A DNA stretch of 64,000 nt from Bacteroidota bacterium (GTDB taxonomy: Bacteria > Bacteroidota > Bacteroidia > B-17B0 > Aurantibacillaceae): positions 33,297-97,296 of the forward strand of contig JAWXAS010000035.1 of the NCBI GenBank assembly GCA_034439635.1. Reading direction: 5' to 3'. The number at the start of each line of letters is the position of its first letter. Within the stretch, counting starts at the first letter, position 1. This document shows positions 21,589 through 32,269 of the stretch, one piece after another. The notes beneath the pieces are model-generated. The model was given only the letters and a program-made list of their open reading frames with translations, had not been told where the DNA came from and searched no databases. The translations under genes were made by a program, and so were the position numbers.

Positions 21589-22206
21589 TTAATCTCCTCC
21601 GTTAAACGTATTCGGATCCGCCGTTTGACCCGTTAAGCTATCAGGACTGTATCCATAAGAATCTCTTACCCCAACAACCAAATTTATTTTACTTCCCTTT
21701 TTTATCAATTGCCCCGCTTCAATAGCCTTTCCTTCAAATAGCTGTTCAATCACACAGCCATTACAATCGGCATTTTTGGTTGTAACCGATCCAGTTTTTA
21801 GCCCGTAACTTGTTACTATAAGTTTTGCCTGGCGCTCGCTCAATTCCGTTAACTTAGGCATTTCTATTTCAGGGGCAACCATACTTGTAACGTACAGGTA
21901 TATGTTTCTATTGTGTTTTACTTTGCTTTTTGGGCTTGGATCCTGCTTTATAACAATACCAGGGGTTTCGCCTGGGGCATAAATGCTGTCAATTATAAGG
22001 TAATTTATCCCTTTATCCTTAACAAAACTGCCCAATTCGGTAATGCGTTTCTCAGTAAAATCGGGCACTTCAACAAATTCACCATGATCGGTATAGGAAG
22101 AGAGGTATTTTAGGAGCGAAAACAGAACAATTCCTAGCAACAACAGCGCAATACCGAAGTGCAAAAAGAATTGTTTAGTCTTTATAAAAGCAAAAAGGTC
22201 TTTCAT
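21589..22206 (-). CDS. PASTA domain-containing protein
   Basis: N-terminal TM helix; VEVPDF, GIVIKQDP and IEMPKL PASTA repeats. Confidence 0.9.
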   Translation of the reverse strand: MKDLFAFIKTKQFFLHFGIALLLLGIVLFSLLKYLSSYTDHGEFVEVPDFTEKRITELGSFVKDKGINYLIIDSIYAPGETPGIVIKQDPSPKSKVKHNRNIYLYVTSMVAPEIEMPKLTELSERQAKLIVTSYGLKTGSVTTKNADCNGCVIEQLFEGKAIEAGQLIKKGSKINLVVGVRDSYGYSPDSLTGQTADPNTFNGGD

Positions 22207-22378
22207 TTACAATTGGGCTAAATTAATGAAATTTTTACAACCCCCACAACGTAAAAACGCTTATTTTAATGGGTAAGCTTAGTTTAAAAACAGTTAACAA
22301 AATGTAACAAATACTAAATACAGCAATCCTTACTACCTAAATAAAAACCAATATCTTTAATCTAAATTCCAACCTATT

Positions 22379-25300
22379 ATGTTGCTAACAAAAATCAAAT
22401 GGATGGCCATCGGTGTGGCTGTAATGCCTCTACTGTGTTTATTTATAACCATAGAGACGCTTTCAAAAGCAGTACGTCGGCCAACGGCGTTTACAAAAAA
22501 ATTAATCCTGAATTCGCCAGCTACATCAGCGCATTTACCACGGGTTATGTTTCTACGGGAACAAGCATTAAAGTAAAACTCAGTAATGAGTTTGGCGCAA
22601 CGATGCAGTTAAACACGCCTGTAAAAGAAAAATATTTTTCGTTTGAACCAACCATTGAAGGCGAAACTATTTGGAAAGACGGACAAACCATTGAATTTAA
22701 ACCTAAAGAGCGCCTTAAGCCGGGCCAAGTGTATAAAGCAATATTTCACTTAAGCGCTTTAATGGAAGTAAAAAAAGAATTGCAGAATTTTGAATTTCAA
22801 TTTGAAACTATAAAGCAATCGATGCAATTACAGGTAAATGATTTGAAATGTTATAATTCTAACGATTTTAATTATTATAGCGCAACCGGAAATGTAACAA
22901 CCGCCGATTTTGCCGATGCAGAAACAATTGAAAAATTATTAGTAACCAAACTAGGCAATACTGTTTTAAAAGCTAAATGGCAACATAATGAAAAAGGAAC
23001 CGATCATAAATTTTTATTAGACAGTATTGAAAGACCAAACACAGGACATACAGATCTTACATTTAATTGCGACGGCAAAGCTTTAGGGCTGGAAGTGAAA
23101 TTGGATAGGAGTTTTGAAGTTCCTAAAAAAGGAGAATTTAAACTATTAGATACGCGCTTAATTAATGATAACGAACAATACGTATTATTGAATTATTCAA
23201 ACCCAGTAGATGCAAATCAGTCATTAGAGGGATTGATTGATCTTGGAGGATTTAAAGACTTGAAATTTATTGTAACCAATAATCAGGTTTTAATTTATCC
23301 TAACGAATTTAAAACAGGCTCATACGCTTTAAAAATTCAAGGCGGCATTAGAGATACAAAAGGCGCCCGTATTGAGAGTTCAAGTGAACACAATATTGTA
23401 TTTACCGAAGTAAAACCGGCCGTTAAGTTTTTGGGTGAAGGAAATATCCTTCCATCATCCAATAATTTAAGCATTCCGTTCGAGTGCGTAAATTTAAGAG
23501 CTGTTGATGTAAAAATTGTAAAGATCTATGAGAATAACGTTCTACAATTTTTACAAGGCAATTCGTTAGACGGTGGAAATAATTTAGCACAGGTAGGAAA
23601 AAAAATAGTGGAGAAACGCATTAATTTAGGCATCACTAACCCTGCCGATTTTAGTGTTTGGAAAAAATTCTCTTTAGACATATCTACCCTGATAAAATCT
23701 GAACCGGGTGCTATTTACCGAGTGTTCTTGAGTTTTAAAAAATCGTATTCAACATATCCTTGCTTAGGAAATGCCGATGATGATAAATTTCAAATGGAAG
23801 AGATAAAAGCACCAACCGATGAAGAAGAAGTTGCGTTCTATGGTTACTATTACGAAGATTACTATTACTCGGGCTACGAATACGAAGAAGGCGAAGATTA
23901 TAACTGGAGCGATAGAGATAACCCATGTAAAGGCGCTTATTACCGCCAGTATGAAAGAACAGTTGCTCGAAATATATTAGCATCAGATCTTGGCATCACC
24001 CTTAAAAAAGGAAATGACGGAAGTTTATTTGTTGTAGCCAACGATCTACTTACCACAAATCCACTTGGAGATGTAACCATAGAAGTTTACGATTACCAAA
24101 AACAATTGATCCAAAGCGACAAGACCAATGGCGACGGACAATTATTTATGAACTTAAAAACAAAAGCGTATTTTTTAGTTGCAAAAAAAGATAACCAACG
24201 TGCGTATTTACGTTTGGATGATGGCGCAACCCTTCCTTTAAGTTTATATGATGTTTCGGGTGAAGCCATTAAAAAAGGCATCAAAGGATTTATTTTTGGA
24301 GAACGTGGCGTTTGGCGTCCGGGCGATTCATTATTCCTCAACTTTATTTTAGAAGATAAATTTGGGAATATCCCTGTAAACCATCCTGTAGTATTTGAAT
24401 TAACTAATCCGCAAGGGCAAACCACCAAACGTTTATTCAGTAATAAAAGCGTTGATGGTTTTTATAATTTTTCTACGGTAACTGATAAAAACGCACCAAC
24501 AGGTTTATGGAATGCCGAAGTAAAAATTGGAAGCATTAAATTCAATAAAAGCATTCGTATTGAAACCATAATGCCAAATCGCTTAAAATTACAAGTAGAT
24601 GCAGGCGATAATAAACTATTGTGTGCTTCAGATAAAAACATATTGAGCATACATGCCAATTGGTTAACCGGCGCTGTAGTTCATAATTTACCTGTAAATG
24701 TGCAAGTATCTTTAAGTTCAGATAATACTTCATTCCCAAAATTCAAAGATTATATTTTTGACGATGCCACCCTGCGTTACGAAGCGCAAAACATTACGGT
24801 GCTAGATGATAAGTTAGACGACAAAGGTGATATTAGCTCACCGCTCAAGATTGATGTGCAAAGCAATGCTCCGGGCTTTTTAAAGGCAAACTTTACAACG
24901 CGCGTTTACGAACAAGGCGGTGCATTTAGCGTTGATCGTTTTTCAATCCCATATTCTCCTTACACCTATTACACCGGGTTAAAATTACCGGAAGGCGAAA
25001 AGAACACGGGTATTTTATACACCGGCAAAGATCATTATATACAAATTGCTACTTGCGATTTTAAAGGCATCGCTACTTCGCGTAGTAATTTAAAATTTGA
25101 GATGTATAAATTAAGCTGGCGCTGGTGGTGGGATCAGTACAGTGATGATGTTGCCAATTATGCAAGTGATGAATATCACGAATCTGTTCAAAGCGAAGTG
25201 GTATCAAGCACCAACGGAAAATCTAAAGTACGTGTGAATGTAAAAGAAAATCAGTGGGGACGTTATTTAATTAAAGTAACCGATGCCGATGGACACTCTG

Positions 25301-28005
25301 CAAGTATGGTAACGTATTTTGATTGGCCAAACTGGATGGATCGCGATGGCGGTAGCGACAATAAAATTGTTTCTAATATGTTGAATTTTACAACCGATAA
25401 AACATCTTACAAAACAAAAGATGAAGTTACGGTTACAATTCCTACACCCGAAAAATGCCGCGCCTTAGTTACCATTGAAAATGGCAGTCGTGTTCTTAAG
25501 GCCGATTGGATTGAAACAGAAAAAGGAACTACCAAATATAAATTTAAGGTAAAACCCGAAATGGCACCAAATGTATATGTGCATGTTTCATTATTGCAAC
25601 CACATTCGCGCGCTAACGATCTTCCAATTCGTTTATACGGCGTTGTTCCAATTACCATTGATGATCCGGAAACACATTTAAAACCGATAATAGAAATGCC
25701 GAGCGAATTAGTACCCGAGCAAGATGTTACAATTAAAGTAAGCGAAGCCAATGGTAAAGAAATGGCATTTACATTAGCTGTTGTTGATGAAGGGCTATTA
25801 GACATTACGCGCTTTAAAACACCAAATCCTTGGAATACATTTTACTCGAAAGAAGCATTAGGTGTAAAAACATGGGACGTTTATGATAATGTAATAGGCG
25901 CATTTGGTGCCGAACTAGAACGCATTTTAAGCATTGGTGGTGATGGTAGCGAAGTTGGAGATGATGGTGCCAAAGCAAATCGCTTTAAACCAATGGTTAG
26001 GTTCTTTGGTCCGTTTCATGTAGATAAAGGAGATAAGCAAACCATTAAATTTAAAATGCCAATGTATGTTGGCTCTGTTCGTACTATGGTTATTGCCGGA
26101 GAAAAAGGCGCCTATGGTTCGGCCGAAAAAACTACACCTGTAAAAGCACCGTTAATGGTGCTTGGAACTTTACCGCGCGTATTAAGTGTAACGGAAGAAG
26201 TAAAATTGCCAATTTCTATATTTGGTGGAAGCAAAGCCGTTGGAAGTACACAAATAAAAGTAGAAGTAAATGAATTTTTACAAACCGTTGGCGGAAGTGT
26301 AAAAACAGTTACTATTGGTAAAGACGATGAGCAATTAGTATCGTTTGACCTGAAGGTGAAAAACAAAACCGGAATTGCCAAAGTAAAAATTACAGCAACA
26401 GGCGGCGGGCACACAGCCAAATACGAAATAGAATTAGATGTGCGCAATCCAAATCCATATCAAACAACTATAAAAGATTTTTGGGTGGATGCTGGAAAAA
26501 CCGTTGGCGAAAATATTAATGCCGTTGGTTTAGCAGGCACAAATAGTGGTGTTTTAGAATTATCAACCATTCCTCCAATTAATTTGGAAGAGCGTTTGCA
26601 ATACTTGATCGCCTACCCTCATGGTTGTATTGAGCAAACTACATCGCAAACATTTGCGCAATTGTATTTAAGCGATATTATGGATCTATCTCCTGACCGT
26701 AAAACTGCCGTTGAGAATAATATTAAAGGCGGTATTAACGAGATCCGTAAATTCCAACTGCAAAATGGCGCCATGGCTTATTGGCAAGGTTTAACCGAAC
26801 CAAACGATTGGGGTACAACTTATGCGGGTCATTTTTTAATACTTGCCGAGAAAAAAGGATTTACACTACCTGTAGGGATGAAAAAAGATTGGGTAAGTTA
26901 CCAGCAAAGCATTGCGCAAAATTTTGAACTCAGTAAAAATAAATATTATACCAATGATATGTCGCAAGCCTACCGCTTGTATGTTTTAGCATTAGCAAAT
27001 CAACCTGCCACAAGTGCGATGAATCGTTTGCGCGAATACGGAGGATTAACTAACGAAGCGCGTTGGCTATTAGCAAGCGCTTATGCACATGTTGGGCAAA
27101 TTGATGAAGCCGAAAAATTAATTGCCAAAGCAAGTACCGATGTGGCAAGCTACCGTGTAAATTATTATACATACGGTTCTTCTGATCGCGATATGGCAAT
27201 TATTTTAGATGCTTTGTGTAACATGAACAAAAAACAACAGGCGTTTACACAATTGAAAAAAGTATCTAGCATACTTTCATCAAAAAGTTGGTTGAGTACA
27301 CAAACCACCGCTTTTGGATTAGTATCAGTAGCCAACTTCATTAAAAAGTTTGGTGGCGCATCGGCTATGCAAGCAGATGTAACATTAAACGGAAATCCGG
27401 TGAGCTTAAAAGGCAATAGTGCCATTGTACAAGTGCCAATTGATTTTAAAGGTGGTAAAGGTGGTAATTTTAAAATTGTAAATAAAGGCAAGGGCATGTT
27501 GTACGCTCGCTTGATAAATAGAGGTAAACCGCCAATTGGTGATGAAGTAGAAGCCAATGAGAACATTAGTGTAAGCGCAGTTTATAAAGATCTAAACGGA
27601 ACTGTAATAAGCGTAGATGAATTAGGCCAGAGCAGCAACTTTATGCTTTCGGTAACCATAACCAATTTAGGTTTGGTGGGAGAGGCAAAAAATTTAGCAT
27701 TGATGAATTATATACCTAGTGGTTGGGAAATTCATAATGCGCGCATGGATGAAAATGAAGCTGCTTTAAAAAACAGCGACTATACCTATCAGGATATTAA
27801 AGACGATAGAGTAATGACCTATTTTGACTTGAACCAAAACCAAAGCAAAACGTTTAATATACTACTTAACGCCAGCTACGAAGGTAAATTTTATTTACCT
27901 TCGGTTAATATAGAGGCCATGTATGATAACAGTATTTTTGCAAGAACAAAAGGGCAATGGATAAAAGTGGTAAAGCAGTTGGATGAGAAGGTTGCAGGGA
28001 AATAA
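22379..28005 (+). CDS. Alpha-2-macroglobulin family protein, frameshifted near 22425
   Basis: Thioester motif YPHGCIEQ (about 26623-26637), SDLG and GERGVWRPGD motifs, A2M C-terminus VNIEAMYD. The N-terminal membrane anchor is in the 22379 frame and the body in the 22399 frame. Confidence 0.92.
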
Positions 28006-28024
28006 ATTTTATAAAAAACAGAGA

Positions 28025-28074
28025 CATAGAATCACTCCAAGCAAATTAAATTTGAATATTGGAGTGATTTTATG
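28025..28074. terminator. Long hairpin downstream of A2M (terminator-like)
   Basis: catagaatcactccaa / ttggagtgattttatg is a 16-bp inverted repeat with 1 mismatch; inner caaatt/aatttg. Confidence 0.5.
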
Positions 28075-28129
28075 GCTTATATGAGGGAGTTAGTAGTAAT
28101 TGTAGGACGACGTAAAGCCATACTAGAAG

Positions 28130-28384
28130 ATGAACAAATTTTCGATAGAACATCCAGAATACCAAATTGCTGGACAACTACAAGACGACTCTCCTAAAAC
28201 CAATAATTTTTCAGTAAGTATTCCATTAAGCCGACAACAAAAATATTATGACCTATTCCTGCATAATACTAACAATAAAAAATGCTTAGCTATACAAGTG
28301 AAATCTTCTAGGACATATGTAAATACAGACACAACAGACGATCTTAACGATTATAATTATTATGCGTGGCTTAACAACAACTAA
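28130..28384 (+). pseudogene. Truncated PD-(D/E)XK nuclease-like fragment
   Basis: E...YDLFL...AIQVKSSR fits the E/D/QxK restriction-endonuclease-fold signature. Only 84 aa; the stop lies just before a REP-like hairpin. Confidence 0.55.
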
Positions 28385-28387
28385 TAT

Positions 28388-28418
28388 TTATCCACTGGCG
28401 CGGATTTTTTATCCGTGC
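28388..28418. repeat. REP-like palindrome
   Basis: tatccactggcgcggat-ttttt-atccgtgc; stem gcgcggat/atccgtgc. Resembles, from memory, a GCACGGAT..ATCCGCGCCAGC repeat family in Bacteroidota. Confidence 0.55.
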
Positions 28419-28504
28419 AAAGAAGCAGCCTTTACCCAAACAATGTTAAGACATTTTGAATCTTCTTTCAAAAAGTATAATTTAGATAAAGAGAAAAACA
28501 TCAC

Positions 28505-28840
28505 ATGATAAAAAATAACTTAATAAGATCAGTAACACTTTTAAGCTTTATTGTTTTGCTTTCGGGCTTTGTGGCATTTAAGGGCGGGGCCTTTGATAAT
28601 TATTTAAGCGCAAACAATAGCGTTTATCCAGATCATCAAACAACTGATATGCCTATTGATTCTCCTACTCCCAAAAAAAATGTACAAAAGAAAAAGAAGA
28701 ATCCTGACATGATGTATTCATCCAAATCGATGGTATTAACCGATCAGGAATTTTTTATAGGTGATCCTAAAGACAGCGTTCAAAAAAAGGAAGTAAAACA
28801 AACTTCTTCAAAAGACTCTTTAAAAAGATCACCTAAATAA
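28505..28840 (+). CDS. Hypothetical exported or membrane-anchored protein
   Basis: N-terminal hydrophobic helix and Lys/Ser-rich body; first gene of a 3-gene run. Confidence 0.65.
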   Translation: MIKNNLIRSVTLLSFIVLLSGFVAFKGGAFDNYLSANNSVYPDHQTTDMPIDSPTPKKNVQKKKKNPDMMYSSKSMVLTDQEFFIGDPKDSVQKKEVKQTSSKDSLKRSPK

Positions 28841-28846
28841 TTCTTA

Positions 28847-29647
28847 TTGAATTTTTACAAACTCATAGAAGGCGCGGCAATTAGTCTTGTTTTTTTGGCG
28901 GCAGTATTTATTCCTATGGAAAAAGTATTTCCTGCAAAAGCCGGGCAAAAGATCTTTCGTGCGCAATGGTTAACCGACCTACTCTATTTTGCCGGCCAAT
29001 ATTTTATTTGGGGATATTTTGTTATTTGGGTATTAAGCTATTTTAGTTTTTGGCTAGATGATATTGTTCCGCAAAGTTTTAGAACATCAATTTCTTCGCA
29101 AGCCATATGGTTGCAATCCATTGAAGTGATTTTGCTAAGCGATTTCATTATTTATTGGGGGCACCGTTTACAACACAAAGTTGATTTCCTCTGGCGTTTT
29201 CACAAAGTTCATCATAGCGCCGAACATTTAGATTGGCTGGCCGCACATCGCGAACATCCCTTAGATTCCATTTACACCGTTGGCTTAATTAATTTGCCCG
29301 CCTTCATTTTAGGGTTTCCTTTAGAAACCTTAGCAGCGCTTATTGCCTTTAGAGGTGTTTGGGCTATTTATATTCATTCAAATGTGCGTTTACCTCTTAA
29401 ATTTTTACGAGGCATTATTGGCTCGCCCGAATTGCATCATTGGCATCACGATCTGGAAAGAAACGCAGGAAATTATGCGAACATCTCACCCATAATGGAC
29501 ATACTATTTGGCACTTATACATGTCCAGATCACGAACCCGAAAAATTTGGCATTAAAGAAGAGTTCCCTAAAAATTATGTAAAGCAAATGATATACCCTT
29601 TGCTTCCTAAAAAAATTGCCGTAAAATTGTTGAATAAACCTTTATGA
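28847..29647 (+). CDS. Sterol desaturase / fatty acid hydroxylase family protein
   Basis: His boxes HRLQH, HKVHH and HHWHH plus TM helices. Confidence 0.9.
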   Translation: MNFYKLIEGAAISLVFLAAVFIPMEKVFPAKAGQKIFRAQWLTDLLYFAGQYFIWGYFVIWVLSYFSFWLDDIVPQSFRTSISSQAIWLQSIEVILLSDFIIYWGHRLQHKVDFLWRFHKVHHSAEHLDWLAAHREHPLDSIYTVGLINLPAFILGFPLETLAALIAFRGVWAIYIHSNVRLPLKFLRGIIGSPELHHWHHDLERNAGNYANISPIMDILFGTYTCPDHEPEKFGIKEEFPKNYVKQMIYPLLPKKIAVKLLNKPL

Positions 29648-30285
29648 ACAAAACCGAAACTGCCGTAAACATTTTTAATCGCTTGGCTAATTTATATCAA
29701 GAGAAATACATGAACGTGGATCTATACGGAGAATCACTGGATCTATTTTGCGAACATGTAAAAAAACAAGGAGATGTATTAGAGTTAGCCTGCGGCCCAG
29801 GAAATGTTACCAAATATATTTTAAATAAACGCCCAGATCTTAAGATCTTGGGGACAGATCTTTCGGAAAATATGTTGGGCTTAGCAAGAGAAAATAATCC
29901 AACAGCTGTTTTTACAAAAATGGATTGCCGAGATGTTTCTAAACTCACTAAAACTTACGATGCAATTGTGGGTGCATTTGCTCTACCGTATCTTTCAAAA
30001 GAGGAATCCTTTGACTTAATTAAAGATGCTTCAACGCGATTGAATACAAATGGTTTGCTATACTTAAGCACAATGGAAGATGATTATTCCAAATCGGAGC
30101 TAGTATCTTCAAGCCAGGGCGATCAAATGTTTATCCATTACCATGAGACCGATTATCTTAAAAAAGCCTTAGAAAACAATGGGTTTGAGATTATCCATTT
30201 AAGCCGAAAACAGTATCCGGGGCCTGATGGCAAGCCAGTTACCGACCTTTTGATATTGACAAAACATAGTGGAAAACCCTTTTAG
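29644..30285 (+). CDS. Class I SAM-dependent methyltransferase
   Basis: VLELACGPG and GTDLSENML motifs; ATGA overlap with the upstream gene. Confidence 0.9.
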   Translation: MNKTETAVNIFNRLANLYQEKYMNVDLYGESLDLFCEHVKKQGDVLELACGPGNVTKYILNKRPDLKILGTDLSENMLGLARENNPTAVFTKMDCRDVSKLTKTYDAIVGAFALPYLSKEESFDLIKDASTRLNTNGLLYLSTMEDDYSKSELVSSSQGDQMFIHYHETDYLKKALENNGFEIIHLSRKQYPGPDGKPVTDLLILTKHSGKPF

Positions 30286-30342
30286 TTGGATTTTTAGCTT
30301 ATGAAATAAATTTTTAACTTAGAGCTATAGAAATAAAGCATT

Positions 30343-30588
30343 ATGAAAAAATCAGTGTTGTTCCTTTTCGCCATTTGTATAAGCTCAACTTCGTGCCTTA
30401 AAACAAGAAGCTGCACCTGCAAAGATCCAAGCGGTAAAATAGTTTATAATGAAGTAAACAAAACCAGGAGCAAACAAGAGGGAGTTCATTTTGAAGATAA
30501 ATGCCTTACAAGGGAATCAACCTATTATACTATAGGAAGCGGTTCGGTAGCAACAACTCAAACTACTATTCCTTGCGAAATAAGCTAG
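30343..30588 (+). CDS. Small Cys-containing lipoprotein
   Basis: Lipobox STSC, then CTC and two further Cys; 81 aa. Confidence 0.7.
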   Translation: MKKSVLFLFAICISSTSCLKTRSCTCKDPSGKIVYNEVNKTRSKQEGVHFEDKCLTRESTYYTIGSGSVATTQTTIPCEIS

Positions 30589-30607
30589 TTATTTAAACTA
30601 TAGAATT

Positions 30608-30642
30608 AAAAAAGCCGTTGTAAATACTACAACGGCTTTTTT
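30608..30642. terminator. Bidirectional Rho-independent terminator
   Basis: aaaaaagccgttgta-aatac-tacaacggctttttt between convergent genes. Confidence 0.88.
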
Positions 30643-30675
30643 GTTAATTCCAATAGCGAACACTAGCTTTCATAT

Positions 30676-31989
30676 CTACTCAACAACAAGTTTCACATTT
30701 TGCTTTAAGCCATTTTTCTCAATGGTAAATACATATATTCCTGCAGATAAATCTTTAAGGTCAATAACCTTGTTTGTATCTTCGGTTACTTCAATATGTA
30801 CAAGTTTACCTGTTATATCTGTAATCTCAATTTTCTTTTTGCCCACGCTTGAAGTAAGATTCAAGCTAATTTTTGCAGGGTTAGGAAAAATTTTGAATTC
30901 GAGTGTTGACCCGCTTAATTGTGATAAAGCAGTACATGTAAATACGTTTACACTAACAGTTGCTGTGTTTTTACAATTGCTTACCGACGTTCCGGTAACA
31001 GTATACACGGTTGTAACACTGGGAGAAATAGAAATAACAGATGTTGTTTGACTAGTACTCCAGCTATAGGTATTAGCACCACTTACGCTAATAGTAGTAA
31101 CTTGTCCTGCACAAACACTTGATGTTGCTGAAATTGTTAAATTTGGTAAAAGATTTACGGTTACACTTATTGGAACTTTTACACTAATGCTGCAACTATT
31201 TACTGCCGCTGCGTAATACGTATAATTACCCGCACTTAAAGTTGGCGAAATAAACGATGTGCCAATACCAATTACCGAAGTAGACGTGCTTGTAGCAAAC
31301 CAATTTACTGTTGTGCTCGAATTAACCGCTAACGTGGCAGCAACTCCTGCGCAAACATTTTGATTGGCAGCTATGGTTACGTTAGTTGGAGTAGTTGGTG
31401 GCACGCAAGGTGAGAAACTCGCTGGCATGATACAACAATTTCCTCCCGCTGAAAGATTGAATGTGGTTGGGGTCCAACAATTATATTGTGTATGATGAGA
31501 GCGAAGAGTTGATGCAGGAAATGCATTTAAAAAATAAAACACCACTTCATCGGGGGTATTTGCTCCGCCTGCATTAACTGTTGTATCACAATTATAGCAC
31601 CCCACCGTATTTGGATTACCATTACCATGCACAGGAGTATAAGGGCCAACCGAAGGGTAAACATTTATAGTGGCTACGCTTGCAGAAACATTAAGAATAG
31701 TTGTTGTTATAACTCCAAGATTACAATTATCGTTACTTCCATCATATCCTGCGTAAATAACACCTGTTACATTATTTGAAAATGTTCCAATGATATGGAT
31801 CTCGGCAGCTTCGTAAGTACAAATACCAATTTTTAAATTAGGAATATTCACGTCGCAATTTACAGTAATGATCCCACCGTCGTAATTAGAATAGATCACT
31901 AGATTTCCGGATGCATTACATATTTGCGAAAACGACTTGCCTGTAAAAACAAAGGCACACAGTATAATTAATTTGTAGAGTTTAGTCAT
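30676..31989 (-). CDS. T9SS type A cargo with uncharacterised Cys-rich head and Ig-like stalk
   Basis: Signal peptide; SVSGANTYSW stalk; tail IFPNPAK...ITDITGK...GIYVF...VKLVVE. Confidence 0.85.
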   Translation of the reverse strand: MTKLYKLIILCAFVFTGKSFSQICNASGNLVIYSNYDGGIITVNCDVNIPNLKIGICTYEAAEIHIIGTFSNNVTGVIYAGYDGSNDNCNLGVITTTILNVSASVATINVYPSVGPYTPVHGNGNPNTVGCYNCDTTVNAGGANTPDEVVFYFLNAFPASTLRSHHTQYNCWTPTTFNLSAGGNCCIMPASFSPCVPPTTPTNVTIAANQNVCAGVAATLAVNSSTTVNWFATSTSTSVIGIGTSFISPTLSAGNYTYYAAAVNSCSISVKVPISVTVNLLPNLTISATSSVCAGQVTTISVSGANTYSWSTSQTTSVISISPSVTTVYTVTGTSVSNCKNTATVSVNVFTCTALSQLSGSTLEFKIFPNPAKISLNLTSSVGKKKIEITDITGKLVHIEVTEDTNKVIDLKDLSAGIYVFTIEKNGLKQNVKLVVE

Positions 31990-32269
31990 GAGTTTTACAT
32001 TAGAGTATCTAAACTACAAAATATACAAATGAATAACAAAAAAACATTGCTTTTAACATCTGAAAAAATCGAGAAATTCATACTTTGCATTAAATTAGCT
32101 CATCTAAATCCATAAATTTCAGCGTCAACAATAATTCTTATCACCATTGGCCAATTATAGTTTTAGGCTTTATAGGTAGAAAACAGCAATAACTGGATAA
32201 ATAAGCCTTTTATGGCGTTTGTTTAGTTCATAAAATGTTCTACATTTAGGTAAACCTAAACCCATAAAC

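Noticed and set aside
22379-22576. 65-aa ORF as an independent gene, and 22399 as the A2M start
   Set aside because: Both are better explained as the two frames of one frameshifted A2M N-terminus.
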